Of a stretch of DNA of 32,000 bases, positions 31,865-32,000 are shown piece after piece; the first letter of the stretch is position 1, and every line of letters begins with the position of its first letter. Location of the stretch: the NCBI GenBank assembly GCA_018985225.1, contig JADGIF010000016.1, positions 9,374-41,373 of the forward strand, read 5' to 3'. Origin of the DNA: Amoeboradix gromovi X-113 (lineage: Eukaryota; Fungi; Sanchytriomycota). The translations under genes and the position numbers were made by a program. Under the pieces are notes generated by a model. It was not told where the DNA came from. It saw only the letters and a list, made by a program, of their open reading frames with translations, and did not search any database.

Positions 31865-32000
31865 CTCGTTAGAATTCCTGATTTCCGAGAAAATCGAGAA
31901 TTTCCACAGAGAAACTAATGCTAGATGCTCCGTTACAGTGATTGCTCACGCTTTCACTACCCTGAGGCGGGATTGAATAAAGATGCATATACTTGATGTA
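31865..32000 (-). mobile_element. 3' end of an IS607-like/Fanzor2 element (copy C), continuing beyond the window
   Basis: Reverse complement is near-identical to 6548-6684 and 23817-23954, ending in AACGAG. Confidence 0.9.

Overview
AT-rich, very compact eukaryotic genomic DNA in the standard code; a reduced fungus-like protist or early-diverging fungus is my inference. Housekeeping genes are packed as little as 9-30 bp apart: class I HDAC, VPS35, DnaJ, VPS51, LEA_2-like, ATG16-WD40, GGT, glucosidase I, condensin G, NDUFAF3-like, IMP1, PAM18, a LIM protein and Arp10. Two things stand out. (1) Five genes split in the ORF track are rejoined by ultra-short GT-AG introns (four of 19 nt, one of 20 nt), each with a putative branch A exactly 6 nt from the 3' end. 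(2) The intergenic space holds at least eight remnants of RNA-guided Fanzor/TnpB elements from about four lineages. These are internally deleted IS607-like (Fanzor2) elements that keep a TnpA HTH stub, the nuclease C-terminus and a covarying omegaRNA-like 3' end; a TIR-bounded element in two copies with a Fanzor-like C-terminus; and a GC-richer Fanzor1 N-terminal pseudogene. Two element 3' ends lie within 1-6 nt of a host ATG. No intact Fanzor ORF is in the window. All family calls come from motif recognition by eye, not database searches.
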